64,000 bases of DNA, taken from positions 1,208 through 65,207 of the forward strand of contig DAOTVT010000071.1 in the NCBI GenBank assembly GCA_034436295.1, written 5' to 3'. This document shows positions 40,653 to 50,434 of this stretch, piece by piece (position 1 is the stretch's first letter; each line of letters begins with the position of its first letter). The notes under the pieces are model-generated. The model did not search any database. It had not been told where the DNA came from and saw nothing but the letters and a program-made list of their open reading frames with translations. The position numbers and the translations under genes are program-made. This DNA comes from Anaerolineae bacterium (GTDB lineage Bacteria > Chloroflexota > Anaerolineae > DTLA01).

Positions 40653-40882
40653 ACAACCACCTCCTGCATGTAATCCCAGCGTTGCGCAGCGCGCAGGCGC
40701 TGGAGAGTATTCTGAAATTTAGATGCAGGAGGGAGCGAAAGGATTCAGGAGGCGGACACAGAACGAACCACAAATGGACGCGAATCTTCGCGAAGATTGA
40801 TCCACGAATAACACGAATCTGACAAATGCTCCTGGTCGTGCGCCTGGCGCTTCGCAACTGCGGCCGGTGGCAGCGATCCCTG

Positions 40883-41629
40883 CTAGATCACGCACTCGGC
40901 TCGCTCCACCTCGCGCTCGTACAGTCGGATCAGCGCCTCGTAGTCCAGGAACTGCATTCTGTCCCTGATGGGCTCAAAGGCGCTGCGCCGCTTCTTGTCT
41001 TCAAACTCGCGCCTGCGCCTTGCGTCTGCGACGATCACCATCCGCACGTGAAAGTCCTGCAATTCGTAGAACTTGAGCATGGCATTCTGCATGTCCGTGG
41101 AATGCTCCACCTCAAAGAGGCTGTGCGGCATCTGTCGCGAATTGAGCCAGACAACATCTATCGTCTCGCAGTAGTGCATCAGGTGATCGTAGGTAAACCG
41201 CGGGAGCGTTTGGAGCGTCGGCACTTCTCCGAGGCGCTTGTTGAGGAACGGCTTGTTCCTGTCCTGCTGCGGGATGTACGTGCCCAGGTTGCGGAGATTG
41301 CCGATGGTGGCGAGGATTCCCTGGTAGTAGGCGTGGCCCTGCTCATCGGGTGCGATTTCCCTGGCCTTCCCGTACTCCGTCAGGCCCAGTCTCTGCTGGT
41401 ACGCGCGAAGCGCCCAGAGACCCGGGCGCACCTTGAAGATCTCGGGGCGGGTCTGAACAATGCGGCGGATGGAGGCGAAGGGGGTCTTTGTGCCCCAGAC
41501 GCACCCTTCCAATTTCATAACCTCTCGGTACAACTGCTCCAGGGTGGCCTGTCCGCCAAGCCGCTCCAGCGCGAGGATCACGGCCTCGTATTGCTTCATG
41601 CTCTCATCCCCGTGGTGTTCTGCCATCAT
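40883..41629 (-). CDS. hypothetical protein with N-terminal winged-helix and C-terminal PD-(D/E)XK-like (restriction-endonuclease-like) region
   Basis: wHTH-like N-terminus (YEAVILALERLGGQATLEQLYREV) and C-terminal EVEHS...K motif; flanked on both sides by dispersed repeats; start uncertain. Confidence 0.45.
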   Translation of the reverse strand: MMAEHHGDESMKQYEAVILALERLGGQATLEQLYREVMKLEGCVWGTKTPFASIRRIVQTRPEIFKVRPGLWALRAYQQRLGLTEYGKAREIAPDEQGHAYYQGILATIGNLRNLGTYIPQQDRNKPFLNKRLGEVPTLQTLPRFTYDHLMHYCETIDVVWLNSRQMPHSLFEVEHSTDMQNAMLKFYELQDFHVRMVIVADARRRREFEDKKRRSAFEPIRDRMQFLDYEALIRLYEREVERAECVI

Positions 41630-41659
41630 TATACACCCGCCCCGCCTGTTGTCCAAGCC

Positions 41660-42065
41660 CCCGCCGCGTATGGATTCGGTTCCGCCTCGTGTTGGCGTGC
41701 CCCCTGGCTTCGGCGGCTACGGAAAGCCGCCCCACGTGTCTACTGTAACCGCGAATCCACGCGAATCCACGCGAATGGAGAACAGCCCCTATCCTCCATT
41801 CGTGTGAATTCGTGTTATTCGTGGATAGCGTTTAGCGAGCGTGGGGCGGGTTCCCATACGTGCCCCCTTCGTCCGGCGGCTATGGAGAGCCGCCCTACGT
41901 GTCTACTGTAACCGCGAATCCACGCGAATCCACGCGAATGGAGAACAGCCCCTATTCGTGTGAATTCGTGTTATTCGTGGATAGCGTTTAGCGAGCGTGG
42001 GGCGGGTTCCCATACGTGCCCCCTTCGTCCGGCGGCTACGGAAAGCCGCCCTACGTGTTTGGGTC
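41660..42065. repeat. tandemly duplicated composite repeat (families E, C, D; two ~185-bp copies)
   Basis: CCCCCTGGCTTCGGCGGCTACGGAAAGCCGCCCCACGTGTCTACTGTAACCGCGAATCCACGCGAATCCACGCGAATGGAGAACAGCCCCTAT...ATTCGTGTTATTCGTGGATAGCGTTTAGCGAGCGTGGGGCGGGTTCCCATACGTGCC is repeated twice. Confidence 0.85.
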
Positions 42066-42132
42066 AAGCCCGCTTGACACGCCGCCCCGCCGCCCGTACA
42101 ATGCCGGCGAAGAATCCCGTCGGAGAGGCGCA

Positions 42133-42945
42133 GTGAAATCCCCGCGAACGCATATCCTCACCGTGGCGGCGTGGCTGGCGCTGGGCGCGGCCCTGGCGCC
42201 CTGGGTCGGCCCCTTCGGCCGAACGATGCAGGGCGCGCTCGGCAAGGTCTCGTGGGACTTCACCCTGTGGGCCACGCCGGTGTGGGCGCTGGCGGTGGCG
42301 GCGTGCGCGGCGCTGGGCACCCATGAGGTCATCGCGGCCCACCCCAAGGCGCGCCGCGGCGAGTTGAGCCACACCGCCCACTACTGGCCCACCCCTGCCC
42401 TGGTGGCGGCTGCTGCGGTCGTCCATGCGGCGCGGCTGCGGTCGGGGGCGGCTGTGGAGGGGCTGGCCGTCGGCGTCGGCGCGGCCGTGGCCGGCGTCCT
42501 GTGGCTGGAGTGGGCCACGGTGGACGCCGCCGAGCGGCCTTATGCCCGCGCGCGCTGGGCGCTGAACGTGGCCGACTACGCGGCGGCACTGGCGGCGTTC
42601 ACGGCGGCGCTCACCGGCAACCCGACGCCCGCGCAGGCCGGCGCGTTGTGCGGGGTGGCGGCGGGACTCGGGACGCTGGACCTGCTGCGACTGCCCGACC
42701 GCACGCCCGACTCGGTGGCTCTCTACGCGCCCCTCGTGGGGGCCATCGTTGGGGGCGGGGCGAGTCGGATGGCGCAAGGGGGGCTTTCCCCGACGGGCGC
42801 GGCGCTCATCTTGCTCCTCGTGGCCTATGCGCTCACGGGCATCCTCCAGCACCACCTTCGCCAGCAGTTGACATGGCGGGTGCGGCTGGAGTACTTCGGG
42901 CTTCTCGTGCTGGGGACGCTGGCGCTGCTGCGCTGGGTGGCGTGA
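42133..42945 (+). CDS. hypothetical polytopic membrane protein
   Basis: ~270 aa, Ala/Leu-rich with ~8 predicted TM segments; GTG start inferred. Confidence 0.5.
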   Translation: MKSPRTHILTVAAWLALGAALAPWVGPFGRTMQGALGKVSWDFTLWATPVWALAVAACAALGTHEVIAAHPKARRGELSHTAHYWPTPALVAAAAVVHAARLRSGAAVEGLAVGVGAAVAGVLWLEWATVDAAERPYARARWALNVADYAAALAAFTAALTGNPTPAQAGALCGVAAGLGTLDLLRLPDRTPDSVALYAPLVGAIVGGGASRMAQGGLSPTGAALILLLVAYALTGILQHHLRQQLTWRVRLEYFGLLVLGTLALLRWVA

Positions 42946-42951
42946 ACGGCG

Positions 42952-43983
42952 CTACGGCAACCGCCGCGCCGCCCCGATGTTGGCGCGCAGAAACGGCTCC
43001 TCGGCGCGCAGGTCGCCGTAGCACACCTCGGCGGCGGCCTTGCACCCGCCCTGGCATGTGTCGCGCAGGGGGCACGGCTGGCAGAACGCCGGAGTCGCCG
43101 CCGCGAAGGCTGCCATCGCCTCGCCGCCGATGATGTCCGCGAAAGGGCGCTCCCACACATTACCCAGCACCGTCGCGCTGTGGTTGCACGGGCGGACGTG
43201 GCCGGCGCGGTCCAGGGTGTAGTAGGCGCGCTCCGTGCCGGCAGCGCAGAAGCCGAAGTTCAGGTGGGGATAGGCATCCAGGGCCACCAGGCACGGCTGG
43301 ATGGGGATGGAGACCGCCACCGAGAGGCCCAATTCGGCGGCCAGGGCATCGGCGACGGCGAGGGCATCCCGCACCTGCTCCAGCGTGGGGAGCAGGTCCA
43401 GGTGGGCCGCGCCGCGCCCGCCTGGGTTGAAGCGGTTGAACTGCACGCCCCGCGCGCCAAAGGCGAAAGCCAGCCGTAGGGTATCGCGCAGGTCGGCGAT
43501 GTTGAGGCGGGTGGCAACGAAGGCGACGGCGGCGGCGCCGCGATGGGCGCGGATGTGGGCCAGAGCGGCCAGCGCGGCGTCAAAAGCGCCCGCAGCGCCG
43601 CACAGGGCGTCGTGCGTCTCGCGGCGATGGCTGAGCAGGGGCACGGCGAACAGGCTCACGCCGCGCTGGATGAGTTCGGCGGCGCGGGCGTCCGTCAGGC
43701 GGTGGCCGTTGGTGATGACGTTGACGCGCACGCCCCGCCGCGCAAGGAAGCCCACCGTTTCTTCCAGGTCCTCGCACAGGAGCGGCTCGCCGCCCGTGAG
43801 GGTTACGTGGCCGCAGTCCACCTGGGCCAGCACATGGGCCAGGAGCGCGGTCGCGTCGGGTTGGGGTCGAGCGGGAGCGGGCCGCGCGCCTGGATGCCGC
43901 CACGGGTTGTAGCAATACAGGCACGCATGGTCGCAGTCCTGGGTCATTTCCAGGATAAGGGTCTGAAGGCGGGGTCTGCCCAT
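42952..43983 (-). CDS. radical SAM/SPASM-domain maturase
   Basis: N-terminal CDHACLYCYNPW (CxxxCxxC) radical-SAM cluster motif. C-terminal auxiliary cluster cysteines (CAAGTERAYY...PCNH...CQPCPLRDTCQGGCKAAA) typical of the SPASM/twitch domain. Confidence 0.85.
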   Translation of the reverse strand: MGRPRLQTLILEMTQDCDHACLYCYNPWRHPGARPAPARPQPDATALLAHVLAQVDCGHVTLTGGEPLLCEDLEETVGFLARRGVRVNVITNGHRLTDARAAELIQRGVSLFAVPLLSHRRETHDALCGAAGAFDAALAALAHIRAHRGAAAVAFVATRLNIADLRDTLRLAFAFGARGVQFNRFNPGGRGAAHLDLLPTLEQVRDALAVADALAAELGLSVAVSIPIQPCLVALDAYPHLNFGFCAAGTERAYYTLDRAGHVRPCNHSATVLGNVWERPFADIIGGEAMAAFAAATPAFCQPCPLRDTCQGGCKAAAEVCYGDLRAEEPFLRANIGAARRLP

Positions 43984-43988
43984 GCGCG

Positions 43989-44633
43989 CTACTTCTTGCC
44001 CAGCAGAATGTCCACCAGCAGGCTCGCCGCATCTACGGCTTCGGGCGGGATGTCCAGTTGGAGTTCTTGCAGCGGGGGGTACTGGCCGCTTTCGCCCGCA
44101 CTCTGGCGCAGGGCTTCAATGAGCGCCTTCTCGTCCTCGTCGGTCAGCGACAGGATGGCCATGTCGCGCTGGATGGAGGTCTGGGCCAGGGCGACGGTGG
44201 CGGGGTCAATGGCGCTGCGCTGGGCCATCTCGGCCAGGATGTCGGCCTGGTGGGCCAGGTCGCTGGCGCCCATGATGCGATACTGCGGGTAGGGCGCGGG
44301 GACGTAGCACGTGATGGGGGCGTTGGCGCGCCAGACGTGCTGGGCCGCTGCCTGGAAGGCCACGTGGATGTCCTCGGCCTGGGCCGCGCCGATAAGCCCC
44401 GCGCGCACCAGATTATCCAGCGCGGCCAGGTGGTCGGCGACGAGTTGATCGCGGGTTTTCTGGCCGCGATCCAGGTCCTTGGCGTCCTGGGCCAGGCGGT
44501 CCAGGCCGTACCAGGCGTCGCGGACGCGGTCCCAGTCGTCTTTCTGGGCGGCGGGCGGTCTGCACCGCGACAGCACAACCGATGCCAGGGCGATGCCCAG
44601 CCCCTCCAGGAATTTCCGTCGGTTCCACTGCAT
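43989..44633 (-). CDS. Tat-signal protein of unknown function, co-operonic with radical SAM/SPASM gene
   Basis: AAGGGGAGG RBS; N-terminus MQWNRRKFLEGLGIALASVVLS carries a twin-arginine motif; 214 aa mature helical protein; its stop is 5 nt upstream of the SPASM gene start. Confidence 0.6.
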   Translation of the reverse strand: MQWNRRKFLEGLGIALASVVLSRCRPPAAQKDDWDRVRDAWYGLDRLAQDAKDLDRGQKTRDQLVADHLAALDNLVRAGLIGAAQAEDIHVAFQAAAQHVWRANAPITCYVPAPYPQYRIMGASDLAHQADILAEMAQRSAIDPATVALAQTSIQRDMAILSLTDEDEKALIEALRQSAGESGQYPPLQELQLDIPPEAVDAASLLVDILLGKK

Positions 44634-44792
44634 GTTCGTCCTCCCCTTGCGGGCCTTTGCGCGGAGCGCGCATGATCGCCGCATGTGGAATGATAGCCAA
44701 TTTCGCGCCGCCTGTCCAATGGCGGTGCGCGAGGCATCGGCTGTACGCGGTTGCCAACACAAAATGAAACCGAGGCGAATGAAAACGAATAT

Positions 44793-44821
44793 TTGACTTC
44801 AGGAGCATAAGTGCACATAAT
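44793..44821 (+). promoter_or_regulatory. sigma70-like promoter for PAS gene
   Basis: TTGACT, 17-nt spacer, CATAAT. Confidence 0.5.
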
Positions 44822-44848
44822 ACGGCGCGCCATTTCGCTTGAGAAAGG

Positions 44849-45484
44849 TTGTCCATGGAACAAAACCAACTCCAGGTGAATGACTATGTCCGCACCGTTC
44901 TGGATGCCATTCCGGCGGCAGTGTTCGTCGTGGACAGGCGCGTGCAGATCTTGGATTGCAACGCGGCCGGTCTGGAAATGCTGGGCACGTCGGGGAAGGA
45001 CAGCCTTCCCAAACTCTGCGGGAACGCGTTGCAGTGCGTCCACGCGCTGGAAAGTGCGGGGGGATGCGGTACGAGTCCGTTCTGCGCCAACTGCGCCCTG
45101 CGCAATGCGGTCAGGGAAGCCATGGAGGGCGACCGCGTGATTCGGCGCAAGACCGAGATGCTGCTGGTGCGACAGGGCCAGCCGCAGGAGTTTCACCTGC
45201 TCATCAGCACGGCGCCGTTTGAGTACAAGGGGCGGCGGCTCGTCCTGGCGACGTTGGAGGACATCACCGAACTGGAAGCGTTGCGCCGCATTGTGCCCAT
45301 CTGCGCCAACTGCAAGCGCGTGCGCACCGATGAGGAGTACTGGGAGAGTGTGGAAGCCTACGTCGCCAAGCACTCCAACCTGGATTTCAGCCACGGCATT
45401 TGCCCCGACTGCGCCAGGATGCTGTATCCCGACCTGTTCCTCGGCGAGGACGATCGGCCGCCGGATCCTGCCCATTCGCAATAG
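44849..45484 (+). CDS. PAS-domain sensor protein with C-terminal CxxC...SHGICxxC zinc-ribbon-like module
   Basis: PAS fold (LDAIPAAVFVVDRRVQILDCNAA...) followed by ICANCKRVRTDEEYWESVEAYVAKHSNLDFSHGICPDCARML. Paralog of 38755..39306. Confidence 0.65.
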   Translation: MSMEQNQLQVNDYVRTVLDAIPAAVFVVDRRVQILDCNAAGLEMLGTSGKDSLPKLCGNALQCVHALESAGGCGTSPFCANCALRNAVREAMEGDRVIRRKTEMLLVRQGQPQEFHLLISTAPFEYKGRRLVLATLEDITELEALRRIVPICANCKRVRTDEEYWESVEAYVAKHSNLDFSHGICPDCARMLYPDLFLGEDDRPPDPAHSQ

Positions 45485-45514
45485 CCCCCTGCGCGGCCAA
45501 AGCCCCGCACGGCG

Positions 45515-45870
45515 GAGGGCTGGCAGTAGGGCGGCTCTCCGTAGCCGCCGAAACCGGGGGCACGCCCAGGTGCGACGCACTTCCCAAAGTGCGTCGCACC
45601 TGGGCGCCAACACAAGACGGAGCCGAATCCTGCCGCCCCGTATGCTTTTGACAGCCGCCATAGCCGGGTGGCAGGTACGGAAACCTGCCCTACACTCGCT
45701 AACCGCTATCCACGAATAACACGAATCCACACGAATGGAGAATAGACCCCCAACGGTCTCCGAGGCCCGTTGTCCGCAGACACGTAGGGCGGCTCTCCGT
45801 AGCCGCCGGACGAAGGGGGCAGGTATGGAAACCTGCCCTACACTCTGCTGCCGGACTTGCGCCAATTTCC
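45515..45870. repeat. composite dispersed-repeat cluster (families C, B, E, D, C)
   Basis: GGGCGGCTCTCCGTAGCCGCC; palindrome CCAGGTGCGACGCACTTCCCAAAGTGCGTCGCACCTGG; ACACAAGACGGAGCCGAATCC; CGCTAACCGCTATCCACGAATAACACGAATCCACACGAATGG. Confidence 0.85.
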
Positions 45871-45972
45871 GATTCTCGGCCTGTGATCTCTGCGCGCTGC
45901 ATGACCGAAAGCGCCCAGACGCGGCGTTTTGCATACGGCCGCGCGCGGGTATAATACAGGCGAGGTGAGCGC

Positions 45973-46965
45973 ATGACCGAAGGCCCATCGCCAACGGTTT
46001 CTGTCATCATTCCGGCCCGCAACGCGGCGGCCACGCTGCGTGCCTGCCTGGACGCCTTGCGCGGCCAGGTGGGAGGCCCGCCGGACTTTGAGGTCATCGT
46101 GGTGGACGATGGCTCCACCGACGACACGGCCGCCATCGCCGAGGCGGCAGGGGCGCGGGTGGAGCGCACGGCGCACGGGGGCGCTGCCGCCGCCCGCAAT
46201 CGCGGGGTGGCCGTGGCGCGCGGGTCGCTGCTGCTGTTCACCGACGCGGACTGCGAGCCCACCCCCAACTGGATGGCGCGCATGGTCGCGCCCTTTGCGG
46301 ATGCGTCGGTCGCGGGGGCGCGGGGCGTGTACCGCACGCGCCAACGGTCGCTCGTGGCGCGCTTCGTCCAACTGGAGTACGAGGACAAATATCGGCTGCT
46401 GAAGCCGCTTCAGGACATTGACTTTGTGGACACCTACTCGGCCGCCTACCGCCGCGACGTGTTCGTGCAGGGCGGCGGGTTTGACCCCTCCGTGCGGTTC
46501 GTGGAGGATCAGGATTTCTCGTTCCGCCTGGCCAATCGGGGATACCGCCTGGTGTTCGTTCCCGATGCCATCGTCTATCACCGCCACGCCGACTCGCTGC
46601 GCGCCTATGCGCGGAAGAAGTATCACATCGGGTTCTGGAAGGCGCGGATTGTACAGACCCACCCCAACAAACTCGCCCGCGACACCCACACGCCGCCATC
46701 CCAGCGCGCCCAGGTGGCGCTGTTCTACCTGGCGTTGGCGTTGTGCGTGCCTGCGGCGGCGGGGCTGGTGTCTTTCTGGTGGCCTGGGGCGGCGGCCCTG
46801 GCGCTGACGGCCACGACCCTGCCGTTCGCGTGGTGGGCGGCTCGCAAGGACTTCCCCGTGGCTGTGGCGTCGCCGGCGCTCCTCTGGGTGCGCACGGCGG
46901 CGCTGGGCGTGGGGCTGGCCGTGGGCATGGCGCGATTCCTGCCAGGGAGGCTGCGGCGGAGATGA
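45973..46965 (+). CDS. glycosyltransferase family 2
   Basis: VSVIIPARNAA...VVDDGSTDDT...FTDADC GT2 motifs with a C-terminal TM segment. Confidence 0.85.
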   Translation: MTEGPSPTVSVIIPARNAAATLRACLDALRGQVGGPPDFEVIVVDDGSTDDTAAIAEAAGARVERTAHGGAAAARNRGVAVARGSLLLFTDADCEPTPNWMARMVAPFADASVAGARGVYRTRQRSLVARFVQLEYEDKYRLLKPLQDIDFVDTYSAAYRRDVFVQGGGFDPSVRFVEDQDFSFRLANRGYRLVFVPDAIVYHRHADSLRAYARKKYHIGFWKARIVQTHPNKLARDTHTPPSQRAQVALFYLALALCVPAAAGLVSFWWPGAAALALTATTLPFAWWAARKDFPVAVASPALLWVRTAALGVGLAVGMARFLPGRLRRR

Positions 46966-48491
46966 GACGCGGCTCCGGCGGCCTATCCTCACCCCGTGGC
47001 GCGCGCGCGGCGGAGATGCTGGTCTTCGCGGCTCCGCTGGCCGTGTATGTGGCCACGCTGCCGGCGGGATTGACGTGGGCGCACGAGGGCGCCGACGGCG
47101 GAGACCTGGTCGCCGCGGCCCGCACGCTGGGCATTCCCCATCCGCCTGGGTATCCGCTGTACACGCTCCTGGCGCGGCTGTTCCTGCTGATGGGCTGGAG
47201 CACGCCTGCGCACCGCGTGGCGCTCCTGTCGGCGGTGGCGGGCGCGGGGGCGGCCTGGGCGCTGTTCCGGTTGTGCCTGGCGCTGGTCGGCCGGTCGCGT
47301 TGGCCGCTGGCCCTGTCGGCCTCGCTGATGTGGGCCTTCGCGCCCATTCCGTGGGGCCAGGCGGTGATCGCCGAGGTGTACGCCCTGGGTGCGCTGTTGG
47401 CCGTGGCGTTTCTGGCCGCGTTGCTCCATTGGCGCAACACGGCGAGCAGGAGAGCATGGCGGGCCGCGTGGCTGCTGTTCGGGTTGGGCATGGCCCACCA
47501 TCCGCTCATCGCCGCATGCCTGGTTCCCGCGGGCGTGTGGGCGTGGCAGCAACGCCGCCGCGCCGACAGGCGAAGTTGGGGCGAGGCGGTCGGGCTGGTG
47601 GCGCTGGGCCTGGCCTTCTACATCTACCTCCCGCTGCGGGCGGCGGCGTCTCCGCCCATCAACTGGGGCGAGCCGCGCACCCTGGCGGGGTTCTGGTGGG
47701 TGGTGTCGGCCGCGCCGTATCGGCCGTATGTGTTCGGCCTGCCGCTCGGGGAGTGGCCGTCCCGCCTGGGCGCGTGGGCCGCGCTCCTGCTGGGCCAGTT
47801 CAAGGTGTGGGGCGTCGCGCTGGGGCTTTGGGGGGCGCTGGCCCTTCACGAGCGGGACAGGGCCGCGTCGTGGGGGCTGCTGGGTCTGTTCGGCCTCATC
47901 ACGGTGTACGCCATCGGGTACGATACGACGGACTCCTTTGTGTATCTGCTGCCGGCGCTGGCCGTGTTTGCCGCCTGGATCGCGACGGGCCTGGGGGACA
48001 TCGCGGATCGCGTCGCGGCGCGAAGGGCGGGGCTGACCCGCGCGGCGCAGGTGGGCCTCGTGGTCGCGCTGGTGGCGCTGCCTGCGCTCTCCCTCGGCAT
48101 GGACTGGGCGGCGTGCGACCTGCGCGGCGACCGCGAAGCCCAGGCGTATGTGGATGCGTCGCTGGCGGCGCTGCCCGCAGACGCCCTCGTCCTGGCCGAC
48201 GGCGACCGCCAGACCTTCGCCCTGTGGTACGCCCGCTGGGCGCTGGATGGCGCATTCCACGGCGAGGTTCTGTCCATCCCGCTGTTGCGGTTGGACTGGT
48301 ACCGGGCGCAGGTGCTGCGTCGCAACCCCCATCTGGTTCTGCCCGACGCGAACCTGCCCCAGGAAGCGTTCCTGGCCCAACTCATCGGCGGGAACGTGGA
48401 TGACCGCCCGATTTTCGTTACCGCGGAGTACCTTGCGCCTGGGGGCTGGAAGGTGGAGCCTGCCGGGCCTCTGTTGAGGGTGAGCCGATGA
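46963..48491 (+). CDS. DUF2723-family membrane protein (TMEM260-like putative glycosyltransferase)
   Basis: Multi-TM protein with the characteristic GIPHPPGYPLY motif; ATGA overlap with the upstream GT2. Confidence 0.75.
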
Positions 48492-50356
48492 ACGTTGACG
48501 CCACGCCGCGCCGTTTCTATCGCGCGCCGCTGTTCTGGATCGTCGCGGCCCTGCTGGCGGGGCTGCTGGTTGCCTTTGGGCCGCGGGTCGCGCGCCTGCC
48601 GGGACTGATTCGCCAGGCGCGGGCCGAGGCGGCCTACTGGAGCGCCGTGCGTAGCGGCGGGCTTCGGGCGTTGAGCCGTGCCGGCGCTGCCGACGAACTG
48701 GGGGCGCATCTGGACGCCGCCCGCCGCCTGGTGGCCTCGGCGCGCCGCGATTGGGGGTTCGCCGTGGAGGCGGCGGCGTGGTTCGGCTGGGTTCCCGGCA
48801 TCGGGGGCGACCTGGCGGCGCTGCCCCACCTGGCGAACGCGGCCCAGAACGCGCTGGACGGCGGCGCGCTCCTGTACGGTGAGGTGAAGCTGGCGGTGGC
48901 GGCGCTGCCCGATGGCGCGGGGGCGATGCTGGCCGCGCTGGCGACGCGCACGCCGGGCGACCCGCAGGCCCTGCGGCAGGCGGAAGAGGCGCTGCGGCGG
49001 GCGTCGGAGGCGTGGGGCAGGGTGGACACGCGCCGCTTGTCGCCCAGGCTGGCGCGGTTCGTCCCGCTGGTGAATCGGGCGCTCCCCGTTTTGGCCGCCG
49101 CGCCCGACCTGCTGCGGGCGGCGCCGGAATTGCTGGGGGCCGACGGCCCGCGCCGGTATCTCATCCTGGCGCAGAATAGCGATGAAATCCGCGCCACGGG
49201 TGGGTTCATCAGCGGCGTGGGCATCGTGGAGGTCAATCGCGGCGAGATCACGTCCGTTACCTTCGCCGACAGTTACTCGGTGATGGATTTGACCAAGCCG
49301 CATCCCATCCCGCCCGTCGCGCTGGAGACCCACATGTGGGCGCAGATTCTCCTGCTGCGCGACGCCAACTGGTGGGCCGACTTCCCCACGTCGGCGCGCA
49401 AGGCCTGGGAACTGTACGAGCAGGACACCGGCAAGAAGGTGCACGGGGTTGTCGCCATAGACACGCCCGCGCTGCAACTGCTGGTCGCGGCGGCAGACCC
49501 CATCCGCCTGGAAGAGTACAACGACACCATCACCGCCGACAACCTGCTGGAGCGCATCCAGCACTACTGGGCGTCGCCGGTGGGCGGGCCTGACATCGCC
49601 AGCAACGACCCGCAATGGTGGAAACTCCGCAAGAACTTCATGGGCGTCCTGGCGAAGTCGGTCATAGAGCGCCTGATGAAGCACACGGGCGACTTGGACA
49701 TGGCGGAAGTGGCGCAGACGACGCTGCGCCTGTTGAACGAGCGCCACCTGCTGCTGTTCCTGCCGCCTGTGCAGGACGCGCTCCATCGGCAGAAGTGGGA
49801 TGGCGCCATCGTGCCGGCGCAGGGCGATTACCTGTTCGTGGTGGACAGCAACGTGGGGTTCAACAAGGTGAACCCCATGATCCGCCAGAGCATCACGTAC
49901 ACGGTCAACCTGGCCGACGCCACGGCGCTGTTGCAGATCGGCTACGCCCACGGGTCGCAGGCCCGCCTGGACGTGTGCGTGCACGAATCGCGCTACGGGG
50001 ACACATACCAGGACATGATGGATCGCTGCTACTGGGACTATGTGCGGGTGTTCGCGCCGGCGGGGGCCGAGTTGCTGGCCCGCGAGGGGCTGGAGGACGG
50101 CGATCTGGCCGAATCGGAGGCGGGCCTGGCGGTGTGGGACGGGCTGCTGGTGCTGAAGCCGGGCGAGGCGCAGGAAGTTACGTTCCGCTATCGGTTGCCG
50201 GCGTCGGTGGCGCAGAGCGCGTACCGCCTGTACGTGCAGAAGCAGCCGGGGACGTGGGGCATCCCGCTGCGGGTCGTCATCAGGGGTGGGGGCGGCCAGG
50301 TGCGCGAGTTCCAGACCGACCTGGCCGAGGATCGGGAGTTCGTCGTCGGCCCGTAG
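48488..50356 (+). CDS. DUF4012-domain protein
   Basis: N-terminal TM anchor and a large extracytoplasmic domain with the DANWWADFP signature; ATGA overlap with the upstream gene. Confidence 0.7.
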   Translation: MNVDATPRRFYRAPLFWIVAALLAGLLVAFGPRVARLPGLIRQARAEAAYWSAVRSGGLRALSRAGAADELGAHLDAARRLVASARRDWGFAVEAAAWFGWVPGIGGDLAALPHLANAAQNALDGGALLYGEVKLAVAALPDGAGAMLAALATRTPGDPQALRQAEEALRRASEAWGRVDTRRLSPRLARFVPLVNRALPVLAAAPDLLRAAPELLGADGPRRYLILAQNSDEIRATGGFISGVGIVEVNRGEITSVTFADSYSVMDLTKPHPIPPVALETHMWAQILLLRDANWWADFPTSARKAWELYEQDTGKKVHGVVAIDTPALQLLVAAADPIRLEEYNDTITADNLLERIQHYWASPVGGPDIASNDPQWWKLRKNFMGVLAKSVIERLMKHTGDLDMAEVAQTTLRLLNERHLLLFLPPVQDALHRQKWDGAIVPAQGDYLFVVDSNVGFNKVNPMIRQSITYTVNLADATALLQIGYAHGSQARLDVCVHESRYGDTYQDMMDRCYWDYVRVFAPAGAELLAREGLEDGDLAESEAGLAVWDGLLVLKPGEAQEVTFRYRLPASVAQSAYRLYVQKQPGTWGIPLRVVIRGGGGQVREFQTDLAEDREFVVGP

Positions 50357-50434
50357 CGGCGGGAAACGGCAAGTCCGTGCGATTGCTTGCGCTGACCCAG
50401 AGGCATATCCCCAAGGGCACAGCACGCTGTACCC

